Below, in pieces: positions 41,062-54,400 of a stretch of 64,000 nt of DNA. The translations under genes and the position numbers were made by a program. The notes under the pieces are model-generated. The model ran no database searches and had not been told where the DNA came from. It saw nothing but the letters and a program-made list of their open reading frames with translations. Source of the stretch: Macrostomum lignano. Lineage: Eukaryota. The stretch lies in the NCBI GenBank assembly GCA_002269645.1, contig NIVC01002595.1, positions 1-64,000 on the forward strand, written 5' to 3'. How positions within the stretch are numbered: the first letter of the stretch is position 1; each line of letters starts with the position of its first letter.

Positions 41062-43461
41062 GAACCCTGCTGAAGACAGTTGCTATGCACACTGGGGATT
41101 GGGGAAATATCCCTGCTGAAGACAGTTGCTATGCACACTGGGGATTGGGGAAACATCCCTGCTGAAGACAGTTGCTATGCACACTGGGGATTGGGGAAAT
41201 ATCCCTGCTGAAGACAGTTGCTATGCACACCGAAGATTGGGGAAACATCCCCGCTGAAGACAGTTGCTATGCACACCGAAGATTGGGGAAACATCCCCGC
41301 TGAAGACAGTTGCTATGCACACTGGGGATTGGGGAAATATCCCTGCTGAAGACAGTTGTTATGCACACCGAAGATTGGGGAAACATCCCTGCTGAAGACA
41401 GTTGCTATGCACACTGGGGATTGGGGAAATATCCCTGCTGAAGACAGTTGCTATGCACACTGGGGATTGGGGAAACATCCCTGCTGAAGACAGTTGCTAT
41501 GCACACTGGGGATTGGGGAAATATCCCTGCTGAAGACAGTTGCTATGCACACTGGGGATTGGGGAAATATCCCTGCTGAAGACAGTTGCTATGCACACCG
41601 AAGATTGGGGAAACATCCCTGCTGAAGACAGTTGCTATGCACACTGGGGATTGGGGAAATATCCCTGCTGAAGACAGTTGCTATGCACACTGGGGATTGG
41701 GGAAATATCCCTGCTGAAGACAGTTGCTATGCACACTGGGGATTGGGGAAACATCCCTGCTGAAGACAGTTGCTATGCACACTGGGGATTGGGGAAACAT
41801 CCCTGCTGAAGACAGTTGCTTTGCACACTGGGGATTGGGGAAACATCCCTGCTGAAGACAGTTGCTTTGCACACTGGGGATTGGGGAAACATCCCTGCTG
41901 AAGACAGTTGCTATGCACACCGAAGATCGGGGAAACATCCCTGCTGAAGACAGTTGCTATGCACACTGGGGATTGGGGAAATATCCCTGCTGAAGACAGT
42001 TGCTATGCACACTGGGGATTGGGGAAATATCCCTGCTGAAGACAGTTGCTATGCACACCGAAGATTGGGGAAACATCCCTGCTGAAGACAGTTGCTATGC
42101 ACACTGGGGATTGGGGAAACATCCCTGCTGAAGACAGTTGCTATGCACACTGGGGATTGGGGAAATATCCCTGCTGAAGACAGTTGCTATGCACACCGAA
42201 GATTGGGGAAACATCCCCGCTGAAGACAGTTGCTATGCACACCGAAGATTGGGGAAACATCCCCGCTGAAGACAGTTGCTATGCACACTGGGGATTGGGG
42301 AAATATCCCTGCTGAAGACAGTTGTTATGCACACCGAAGATTGGGGAAACATCCCTGCTGAAGACAGTTGCTATGCACACTGGGGATTGGGGAAATATCC
42401 CTGCTGAAGACAGTTGCTATGCACACTGGGGATTGGGGAAACATCCCTGCTGAAGACAGTTGCTATGCACACTGGGGATTGGGGAAATATCCCTGCTGAA
42501 GACAGTCGCTATGCACACTGGGGATTGGGGAAATATCCCTGCTGAAGACAGTTGCTATGCACACCGAAGATTGGGGAAACATCCCTGCTGAAGACAGTTG
42601 CTATGCACACTGGGGATTGGGGAAATATCCCTGCTGAAGACAGTTGCTATGCACACTGGGGATTGGGGAAATATCCCTGCTGAAGACAGTTGCTATGCAC
42701 ACTGGGGATTGGGGAAATATCCCTGCTGAAGACAGTTGCTATGCACACCGAAGATTGGGGAAACATCCCTGCTGAAGACAGTTGCTATGCACACCGAAGA
42801 TTGGGGAAATATCCCTGCTGAAGACAGTTGCTATGCACACTGGGGATTGGGGAAATATCCCTGCTGAAGACAGTTGCTATGCACACTGGGGATTGGGGAA
42901 ATATCCCTGCTGAAGACAGTTGCTATGCACACTGGGGATTGGGGAAATATCCCTGCTGAAGACAGTTGCTATGCACACTGGGGATTGGGGAAATATCTCT
43001 GCTGAAGACAGTTGCTATGCACACTGGGGATTGGGGAAATATCCCTGCTGAAGACAGTTGCTATGCACACTGGGGATTGGGGAAATATCCCTGCTGAAGA
43101 CAGTTGCTATGCACACTGGGGATTGGGGAAACATCCCTGCTGAAGACAGTTGCTATGCACACTGGGGATTGGGGAAATATCCCTGCTGAAGACAGTTGCT
43201 ATGCACACTGGGGATTGGGGAAATATCCCTGCTGAAGACAGTTGCTATGCACACTGGGGATTGGGGAAACATCCCTGCTGAAGACAGTTGCTATGCACAC
43301 TGGGGATTGGGGAAACATCCCTGCTGAAGACAGTTGCTATGCACACTGGGGATTGGGGAAACATCCCTGCTGAAGACAGTTGCTATGCACACTGGGGATT
43401 GGGGAAACATCCCTGCTGAAGACAGTTGCTATGCACACTGGGGATTGGGGAAATATCCCTG
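41062..43461. repeat. 46-bp minisatellite, ~52 copies
   Basis: Unit CCCTGCTGAAGACAGTTGCTATGCACACTGGGGATTGGGGAAATAT. Confidence 0.98.
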
Positions 43462-46216
43462 ACTGAAATGAAATTCGTTTTAGAAGACAGGGCATCAAAA
43501 AGCGTCAAATGAATTTCAACAGGCAGTATGTGATATGGAGCGGTGCGAACTGGACGCTGATGTCATTTTCACATTATATATTTGTTGTGTTAAATTATAA
43601 TATCGCATCTATCAATAGTCATTTCAATATCGCGAACCGAGAAAAGCATTTAGAGAGGATAATATTAGATAGGCAAAAACCTATAAAATTGAATTGGCTT
43701 TTCGTTTGTCCTGTCATATCTGATATAAGATATTTGACAATATACTAAAATATTTGACTAAATTTCTAGAAATTAAATCGAAAAAAACAGTATGAGATAT
43801 TTAATTTAGAAGAATCGGGAAAGCGCCTATACGCTACTACTGAATAAGTAGTATAAGTGCAATGGGGTTATTAAATTAAATAATGCGACGAAATCGAATG
43901 CCATTAATTAATTTAGCTATTTAGACTGCTTGAATAAAGAAGGTGCTTAGGTAGTGCAAGGACTGTATGAGTATGACCATACCATACCATGGTTTTTTGA
44001 ACTTAACAAAAAAGCAAATTAAATGACTATATAATAAGAATATAACGTTATATAAAAGCAAACGATACAGACAGGAGCAGAGCCTCAAGTCAAAAATTGA
44101 CAAAAAAGCTTTGTCAAAAGACAGCCAAATAATTAGTAATGCATACAATATATACCAAAGCATATAAAGCAATTTATCTTCTGCTATTTAGACGCTCCAA
44201 TATACGGTGACTCCTTGAATTGAATGCAGCAAGCGCGCCTACTACAGGGAGATGACTGGTGGCGCAAGCGCGCACACAATTATATACCTAATAATAGTAA
44301 AGATATTTTTGAGAAAACTTAAAGCGGCGCGCAAAAAAACACGTCAAAATATAGACAGAAGAAACCACAAAAGCGGTAACTAAAAAATTTGCCTATTAGA
44401 ATTATGCATAGAATATAAAAATCAGCTGTATTGAGAATTGCGCTGGATAGTTATTAGTCATGGTTGATAAAACAAAGATCTCCCATAAATAAATTGTTTT
44501 TATGTGACTAGCGTGTGTTTGCCATTTGTATCTGCTATTCAATCGCATATAGTGGTGACGTCAGTTATTGTCTTAATAACCCAAACTAAGACTGACTTTG
44601 CTACCCTCTTACTCGAATGCTTATATCAATGCCTGTATGCGTAAAGGGGTAAGCAAAGCTTAATTATCGATTCTTGGATGAGCCTTTAATTTAAGCCCAC
44701 GAAACCCCTCGATTCCTTACCCCCTACCAGCCCACCTCACTTATTTTCCTTCTAATTGTCTCTTTCACCAATGCCTGTGCGTATAGGGGGTGGCTGAAGT
44801 CTACACTCTACAGTCCTACAACATCACTTCCTTACCCTATCCCGGCTTGTTTTATCTAGGCCTATGCGCCTAGAGGGGTTAAATGGTTATATTATCGATT
44901 TTTTAGAACAACCCCGCCAAACCCTTTACTTTTCTATCCCCTACCAGACAACCCCACCTTATGACCTCTATAGTGGCTTGTGTGCATTAAAGCCTGTACG
45001 TCTAGAGGGGTTGGGGATGTTTTATTATCGATTTTATGAACGACTATTCAAGCCCCACCAAACCTTTACTTTTATACCAGCCAAGCCCACATTATCGCCT
45101 CGCCACTCTAGTGGCTTGTTTCATCGACGCTTGTGCGTGTGGATTGTCGGAATGAATTTAAAATCGACTTCCAACTATCATCTCCTTGTACCCCTTGTCG
45201 TGACTCGTTATTGGCTTTTTATCGACTTATAAGTCTTAGCTTATTGATTTTTTATTCAACTGACAAGTCTAGCCTTATTTTTTAGCTTTTAATATTCATT
45301 GGATACATCTGCAAACATATTTAAAACACAAAAAACTATATAACAAAAACTATACAATACTCTCATACACCCGAAAAATATATTGCACATTGCAATGTAA
45401 AATCTAAAATAGATTTATAACAAAAAGCTCACTAATTTTCCAACATAGTTAAGCCGATGGTTACGCTAGGCAAGTGAAAGGTAAAAAACAACTATCAAAA
45501 AAACTCGCCACATATTTTGCGAGCAGTCAAAAGCATATAAAAACAATAAAAAGAAAATATAAGGACTATGATATCAGTCAGAGTTCATTGTAGTGACTAG
45601 AAAAATTGCAGATTGCGGTGAGCACACACGCAACAGTTAAAATTTTTAAGCGGGCATCTGTTCTGGCATATAATAAATTACTAATACAACTAAGTCATGA
45701 ATAACATGTGCTATCCAAAGCGATTTAAACAATAAAAACTGCAGTAAGTGTAGCTATCTACGAAATAAACTAATTCTAGAGCTGAACGTAGCGCTACGCA
45801 AAGATGATCAATAGATTATTTATAAGAATCAATACAATGATGTGGAGTGCGGTAAACCAATGCAATTTCAATGAGACAGGAGCTTCGAATAATTGAATAA
45901 ATTGCTAAGATACATGACGACATATTTATACGCAAGTATATTGGTTCCAGACTGCGCGCGTGAAGACTAAACAGAATAGGCGGACAGAGGCAAAAACCCA
46001 GCGGAGCAGATGAGAGCTTTGTCGATGTCGAAAACACAAATCTTAATCGCTAAGCGCGTTTGTTTAAGACGACAGAAAGGAAGGAAGAGGAGAGGCATCG
46101 CAAATTCAAACTTTTTGAGCATATGCAGCGCTGCTACCTTCCGATTATCGACCTTCTAATTAAGCTATCAGAGTTATGCACTCTCTGGTGTCTCAATACG
46201 TCAATCAGCCAGTCAA

Positions 46217-49200
46217 TCAGAGCAGCTCGTATTGGCGCAGGTGCATCCGCTGGATGATGTCGCGGCAGTCTTTGAACACCCGGCGAATATTCTCTGTGTC
46301 AACAGCGCAAGTGAAGTGCGGATAACAATAGTGCTGCTGGCTGGCATTGCGCTGATTGGCTGGCGTGACTGTGCTGATTTTCTGCGGATATCCGAATTCG
46401 GAGCTAGCGGTAGATTTGATATCTATAATATTGTAGCTAGCGGTAATTTCATATCTATAATATTGCAGCTAGCGGTAGATTTGATATCTATAATATTGTA
46501 GCTAGCGGTTGATTTGATATCTATAATATTGTAGCTAGCGGTAGATTTCATATCTATAATATTGTAGCTAGCGGTAGATTTCATATCTATAATATTGTAG
46601 CTAGCGGTAATTTCATATCTATAATATTGCAGCTAGCGGTAATTTCATATCTATAATATTGCAGCTAGCGGTTGATTTGATATCTATAATATTGTAGCTA
46701 GCGGTAGATTTCATATCTATAATATTGTAGCTAGCGGTAGATTTGATATCTACCAGTATAATATTGTAGCTAGCGGTAGATTTCATATCTATAATATTGT
46801 AGCTAGCGGTAGATTTCATATCTATAATATTGTAGCTAGCGGTAGATTTCATATCTGTAATATTGTAGCTAGCGGTAGATTTGATATGTATAATATTGTA
46901 GCTATCGGTAGATTTGATATCTATAATATTGTAGCTAGCGGTAGATTTGATATCTAAATGATTGTAGCTAGCGGTAGATTTGATATCTATAATATTGTAG
47001 CTAGCGGTAGATTTGATATATATCTACTGTTGTAGTTATGGGTATATTTGATATCTACTGTTGTAGCTATGGGTATATTTGAAATCTACTGTTGTAGATA
47101 TGGGTATATTTGATATCTACTGTTGTAGCTATGGGTAGATTTGATAGCTACTGTTGTAGCTATGGGTAGATTTGATAGCTACTATTGTAGCTATGGGTAG
47201 ATTTGATAGCTACTATTGTAGCTATGGGTAGATTTGATATCTCTATTTTGTAGCTATCCGCGAATTTTCATAACTATATTAATTTAGCTCGCGGCAGTTT
47301 TACACCGCTGATTGTGTAGATAGCGGCAGTTTTGGATTTCTATTTCAAGACTTAGCAGCTCTATTTGATTAAGTTTCTTCAAGTTATTACTTTTAGTAGT
47401 AAGAAGCAGAGAAAGGCCATTATTAATTATGCTAAATTCAAATATGGTCGAAGTCATCCTGAGCTAAAAATTGCTGTGACTCACCAAGAACTGATCTCTG
47501 ATAAAGTACTTCGCCCGAAGCACTTCCATGTCTTCAGAATCCGGATTGCTTACTGCACAGGCGAGTAGGGCGAAGCAGGAATGAAATAATGTAAGACGTC
47601 ATAATAATCGTAATTATAATGTCTGTTCAGAATCAGACATTCTCTTACAGAATGAAGTAAGGAGAGCCCGCTTAAAAAGTTTGGGACGAAAGCTTGGGAC
47701 ATAAAATGAGGTGCCATTAAATTATTCAAAGCTCTAGAGCGGCCCCGACACTGCAGAGTAGTGGAACTGCTCAAACACACTCGCGCATAGAGGCTGGGAA
47801 TGCTTTGAAGCGAGACGCCAAGTAGCTAGCAAAGATAAGCCAGCCTTACTAAATATAAGAACTGAGATCAATGGAGACCCTAGCAAAGTGCAAACTCTGA
47901 GTCAATTAATTTTCAAGCTTGTCAGCAAGTTAAATATAAGCTGACCTTCTAAATATCAAACTGAACCTAGCCTAAAAACCGGGGGATTATAATTAATATA
48001 ACAATTTGCTTACCACCTTCCGAAGGCAGATTGTAGTCCTTGTATTCGTGAAAGTAATGCTCTAATTTAGACTTGCCGGCCAGGATTTTCTCCGCTAGCA
48101 GATCCTGCTTATTCAGGAATAGGATCACGGAGATGGATCGCAGGTATCTGGAATTCATCATTGGCGAGTTTGGGACGGCTGAAATGTGCTGCAATTGAAG
48201 CTGAAAGGCTTGGCTATTGCGGTATGAAAAGCCTAATAAGTAAAAAATCAATCAGGTTAGCAGAGGCTACGGAAGTAAGCTCGAGGATCTGGAATGTTGG
48301 AACTCCTCAGCCTGAGGATCTGGAATGTTGGAACTCCTCAGCCTGAGGATCTGGAATGTTGGAACTCCTCAGCCTGAGGATCTGGAATGTTGGAACTCCT
48401 CACAGCCTGAGGATCTGGAATGTTGGAACTCCTCACAGCCTGAGGATCTGAGGTGTTGGAACTCCTCACAGCCTGAGGATCTGAGGTGTTGGAATTCCTC
48501 ACAGCCTGAGGATCTGAGGTGTTAGAACTCCTCACAGCCTGAGGATCTGAGGTGTTGGAATTCCTCACAGCCTGAGGATCTGAGGTGTTGGAATCACAGC
48601 CTGAGGATCTGAGATGTTGGAACTCCTCACAGCATGAGGATCTGAGGTGTTGGAATCACAGCCTGAGGATCTGAGGTGTTGGAATCACAGCCTGAGGATC
48701 TGAGGTGTTGGAACTCTTAACAGCCTGAAGATCTGAGGTGTTGGAATCACAGCCTGAGGATCTGAGATGTTGGAATCACAGCCTGAGGATCTGAGGTGTT
48801 GGAATCACAGCCTGAGGAGCTGAGATGTTGGAATCACAGCCTGAAGATCTGAGGTGTTGGAATCACAGCCTGAGGATCTGAGGTGTTGGAATCACAGCCT
48901 GAGGATCTGAGGTGTTGGAATCACAGCCTGGGGATCTGAGGTGTTGGAATCACAGCCTGAGGATCTGAGATGTTGGAATTACAGCCTGGGGATCTGATGT
49001 TGGAATCACAGCCTGAGGATCTGGAATGTTGGAATCACAGCCTGAGGATCTGAGATGTTGGAATCACAGCCTGGGGATCTGAGGTGTTGGAATCACAGCC
49101 TGAGGATCTGAGATGTTGGAATTACAGCCTGGGGATCTGATGTTGGAATCACAGCCTGAGGATCTGGAATGTTGGAATCACAGCCTGAGGATCTGGAATG

Positions 49201-50294
49201 TTGGAATTACAGCCTGAGGATCTGGAATGTTGGAATTACAGCCTGAGGATCTGAGATGTTGGAATTACAGCCTGGGGATCTGATGTTGGAATCACAGCCT
49301 GAGGATCTGGAATGTTGGAATCACAGCCTGAGGATCTGAGATGTTGGAATTACAGCCTGAGGATCTGAGGTGTTGGAATCACAGCCTGAGGATCTGAGAT
49401 GTTGGAATCACAGCCTGGGGATCTGAGGTGTTGGAATCACAGCCTGAGGATCTGAGATGTTGGAATTACAGCCTGGGGATCTGATGTTGGAATCACAGCC
49501 TGAGGATCTGGAATGTTGGAATCACAGCCTGAGGATCTGAGATGTTGGAATTACAGCCTGAGGATCTGAGATGTTGGAATCACAGCCTGAGGATCTGAGA
49601 TGTTGGAATTACAGCCTGGGGATCTGATGTTGGAATCACAGCCTGAGGATCTGGAATGTTGGAATCACAGCCTGAGGATCTGGAATGTTGGAATCACAGC
49701 CTGAGGATCTGAGATGTTGGAATCACAGCCTGAGGATCTGAGATGTTGGAATTACAGCCTGAGGATCTGAGATGTTGGAATTACAGCCTGAGGATCTGGA
49801 ATGTTGGAATCACAGCCTGAGGATCTGAGATGTTGGAATCACAGCCTGAGGAGCTGAGATGTTAGTCTGAGAAGAGTCGTACACACAATCGGTTACAGAG
49901 ATCGGAGCTTACTGGTGGACAGCAATAGAGGCATATTTATAATCGGTTAAGTACAACCAGACCTGAAATATAATCGCAGCATAAGAGCCGCATCGGAGAG
50001 AGAGATGTATATATACCATTGTATAGACTATATAATGCTATGCATGCAGACCCAGGCAATCAGAAGGCGCATATGTGCACACCTAGACAGCACAGCGAAG
50101 ACAGCAGCGAGAAAAGGGAGAAAGAGAGAGAGAGAAAGAGAGAGATGGGGAAAAGGAGAGGGGCTGGGATAAATGAATTTCCTTCGCTGCCTTCTTCACC
50201 CGAAGTCAGTAGCTACTCTCTCCCTCTCTCTCTCTCTCGCTTCAACCCTGAGACTGCTGCTCTCTTTTTTTTTTCCTACGTTCCAAAAGCGACC

Positions 50295-50325
<31 letters not shown>

Positions 50326-51354
50326 AGGGGAAGGATCGGCTCAATCCCTACTCAAGCTCCCGTCTTACCAAGGTCGGTCGGTGTCTCCCAGCAGTCTTAA
50401 GCCTACCCTGGCAAGCAAGGCGCAAAAGTTTGCAATAAGAGGGGGGGGGTGGGGCTGCAGGAATAGCGGATCGCATGGATGCTCTGGGATGTCGAGACAG
50501 ACAGACAGAGAGAGAGAGAGAAAAAAATGAGGCAAAATCTTTGAGTGAGGCTCGGACAGGACTGAAAATAAGGCTAGCTGATCTGACAGGGACGGGCCAA
50601 GAAGAGAGCACTGCGAGCCCGTTGGAGCTAAGAATATGCGGATGAGAAATATAGAAGGCTGGAAAGAAACGGACAGACAGACAGACAAGACAGAAATAGA
50701 GATGAGAAATGACACATACGATTGCATCTATAGCCAATAAATACACAGATTGTACAAATATAGTACTGAGTCGATACGCCAGCTACTAGTATATAAAAAA
50801 ATTGTAATAAAAAAACAGGAAGAAGGCCAATTATTCAGCAAGTGATGAAACTGCCTGAGATAGACGGCACATAGATCAGATCTGAGCAGCTTGAGAGCCC
50901 ATAGTAGAGGGATAAATAGAGAATGTCGCAGGCTAAAAAAAGATAGTGCGCCCTTTCATCATCAGCCGCGATGAGGCGAGAAAGATGCAAGTCGACCAGT
51001 CCAGCAACCCCTGCCCTTGAGTCCTCCGTTCTGCCACGCGTAATTAAAGACGCGACCGCCAGACCCAGGAAGGGTGCGCAGAGCAGAGCAGAGACCGATC
51101 CAACCCGTCTCAGCTGCCTCACCTTATTCAGCCGTATTCGCCCGCACACACCCGGCAATCAAGTCTTTATTTGTAATTTTGGCGCTAAGCTTCTGCGAAT
51201 GTCTGACATCACTGCTTTTCTTCGTCAAGTCTGCGGCTTAAAGCAGAATAAACCATTTTTCACAGCTCCATCAAAGTGTGGCTTTGTAAATCAATAATTG
51301 AAATACGCTCGTATATCTTAGTGCCTGTCTGTCTGTCCGTCCGTCCGTCTGTCC

Positions 51355-51442
<88 letters not shown>

Positions 51443-54400
51443 GCGAGCCGTGCCGGCAGCCCAGCGCTCCCCTCTCACCGGTTGGTCCAGATAGACTGGA
51501 ACAGGTCCAGGCTCTCCTTCAGCCGATTTTGAGACGGATCCTCGCGCAGCACCATGTTGTAGGATGAGGAGGCGGTCACAAAGATGATTGCGGTGACATC
51601 GTTAAAGCACTGAATCCATTTTCTGCGCTCCTCGCGCTGACCGCCAACGTCGAACATGTGAAACTGGACTTTGTCAACGCAGAACTTCGTCTCAAAGATG
51701 CCGGACGTGAGGACACGGCAGCGAAGGATGTCCTGCTCCGAAGGCTCGTAGTCGGCGCGACCGACCTCTTCGGCTTTGTCCAGAAAGCTGTTAGGGAGTC
51801 GGGATTTGGAAAATGCCTTTATTATGGCTGGAATACACTTGTAACAATATTGCCACTAGACTTGTAGGCAGCAATAGTTTCTATATAAAAAAATAATAAA
51901 TGCACTTTTTCATAATCATAATTCGTGAAAGAACGCCGCCGCGCGATTCTCAAATTACAAAGAAGGAAATGAGCGGAGCCGAAAAAATGAAGAGATGAAC
52001 GAGTCCAAAGACCGCCGGTATGCAAATCAATGCCAGAGAGGAGAGGCAAAACTGAGGCTAGGAAAGAAAAGAAAGTGCTCGTTCACTAGTGGCCAGGGAA
52101 AAAAACTTAATTAAATTTCTAGAGGCTTTCTCAGCTGTCGAAATTACACGCAGACTATACTATGGAATCTGGCATCTGTGCCTATTGCAGTTACTCGTAT
52201 AACTGGGAATGCAGCTTCGTATCTAGCGCAAAAGGCTCAAACCGCTTACCCTCAGCTATGCAGGCATAGCTATATTTGACATGACCCCCTCCCCTCAGCT
52301 ATACAGGCATAGCTATATTTGAAATTACCCCCTCCCCTCAGCCTTAGAGGCATAGCTATATTTGACATGACCCCCTCCCCTCAGCTATACAGGCATAGCT
52401 ATATTTGAAATTACCCCCTCCCCTCAGCTTTACAGGCATAGCTATATTTGACATGACCCCCTCCCCTCAGCTATACAGGCATAGCTATATTTGACATGAC
52501 CCCCTCCCCTCAGCTATACAGGCATAGCTATATTTGACATGACCCCCTCCCCTCAGCTATACAGGCATAGCTATATTTGAAATTACCCCCTCCCCTCAGC
52601 CATACAGGCATAGCTATATTTGACATGACTCCCTACCCTCAGCTATACAGGCATAGCTATATTTGACATGACCCCCTACCCTCAGCTATACAGGCATAGC
52701 TATATTTGACATGACCCCCTCCCCTCAGCTATACAGGCATAGCTATATTTGACATGACTCCCTCCCCTCAGCTATACAGGCATAGCTATATTTGACATGA
52801 CTCCCTCCCCTCAGCTATACAGGCATAGCTATATTTGACATGACCCCCTCCCCTCAGCTATACAGGCATAGCTATATTTGACATGACCCCCTCCCCTCAG
52901 CTATACAGACATAGCTATATTTGACATGACCCCCTCCCCTCAGCCATACAGGCATAGCTATATTTGACATGACCCCCTTCACTCAGCTATACAGGCATAG
53001 CTATATTTGACATGACTCCCTCCCCTCAGCTATACAGGCATAGCTATATTTGACATGACCCCCTTCACTCAGCTATACAGGCATAGCTATATTTGACATG
53101 ACCCCCTCCCCTCAGCCATACAGGCATAGCTATATTTGACATGACCCCTCCCTTCCTTGCTTCAATCTCCTTCGACTTTGTTCACCTTCATTCTTCCCTC
53201 TCTACTCCACCGCCGTCTCGCTGCACTCCACCTACAGCTTGCAGCCATATCACCTTCAGTAGGGCGTGAAAAATATAGGCAGTGGCGAGGCTAAAAAAAA
53301 GAAGAAGTCCCCTGTCTCCGGTTCTCTTCTATAGGCGCAGAGAAATTTCTGTAGCAGACACACCAAGAAGCGTACAACGAGAGAAATTAGACCGAGAGAG
53401 GGAAGGCAGAAAGAATAATGCAATCATGCATATAGTACTGAAAAAGTACATATTCTGGGATTTTGGTCAGCCTTTTTTTAGCTGCCAAATTAGACTCTTT
53501 CCCCATATGCATAGCATAGCATAGTTTTTAAAGCCCGGCCAAGCAGATATTCTCTAACAAAATTTCCTATTAAAATAATACCCAAAAATGTCTTCAAAAG
53601 TTCCCTTTTAGGAGAAGCAATAAGTAATGAGCCGAAGGCAGCTCCCTGGGATAGTTCTGTAGCCAAAAAAAGCTGAGGTGTGCAAAGAAGGGCAAATCAA
53701 GCCAAGGGACCATCCCTGCGCAGAGTGCGGTAGCCAGTTAGAGTCTTAGAAAAGACCCAAGGCAGAAAGGAGGAGGGAGGATCTTCGCACACGGCAGTGC
53801 AATAAAGTACCAATAGGACAGAGGTTGGCGCAGTTCCTACACCCCAGGCAAGGGGAAACGAACTGGACTTTTAAGGCGGGGGGGGAGATATGAGGAGACA
53901 GAGTAAGGCTGGGGGGAGGCTGAAAGAAAGGGGAACGCAAGAGTTGCGGGCACGAGGAGAGTGGGATAGCCCAGGGGGGTGGAAGGATTCAGGCGTACAA
54001 GAACTTTGCCAGATTTGCAAATCGCCGGGAAAGTGCAGCTAAGCTAGGGGGGGGGGGAGGGAAGAGAAATAACTGGGGATAGCCGGCCGGGGGAGGGAGA
54101 ATATTCCCCTTCTCGATACCTCCCGAACAGTTCGCGTCCCCTCCGCTGCTCTCCGCATGCCGCCGCGGCCTGGCCCTTTCTAAAAAAATGTTGGATCTAA
54201 GCCTGCGGCAGCCCCGAGCGCCTCGGGAAGAAATATGATGAAGAGAGAAAGGGATGCATGGCGGCCCAAAAGAGAAAAAAGTCCCCCCCCCATATTAGCG
54301 CTCCGCCTACGTCTCCCATATAGAGGCCAGCCTGTTACTAGAATGGAAGAAGAGATGCAGCGGCTGAGGCACAAGTAGATACGGGAGCATAGTTTGCCCA

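Noticed and set aside
41062-43461. 46-bp or 81-bp arrays as CRISPR arrays
   Set aside because: The units are contiguous with no unique spacers, there are no cas genes, and the context is eukaryotic.
44620-45100. Three diverged ~130-230-bp copies around TTATCGATT
   Set aside because: An old degenerate repeat with no TIRs, coding signal or structure; not informative.
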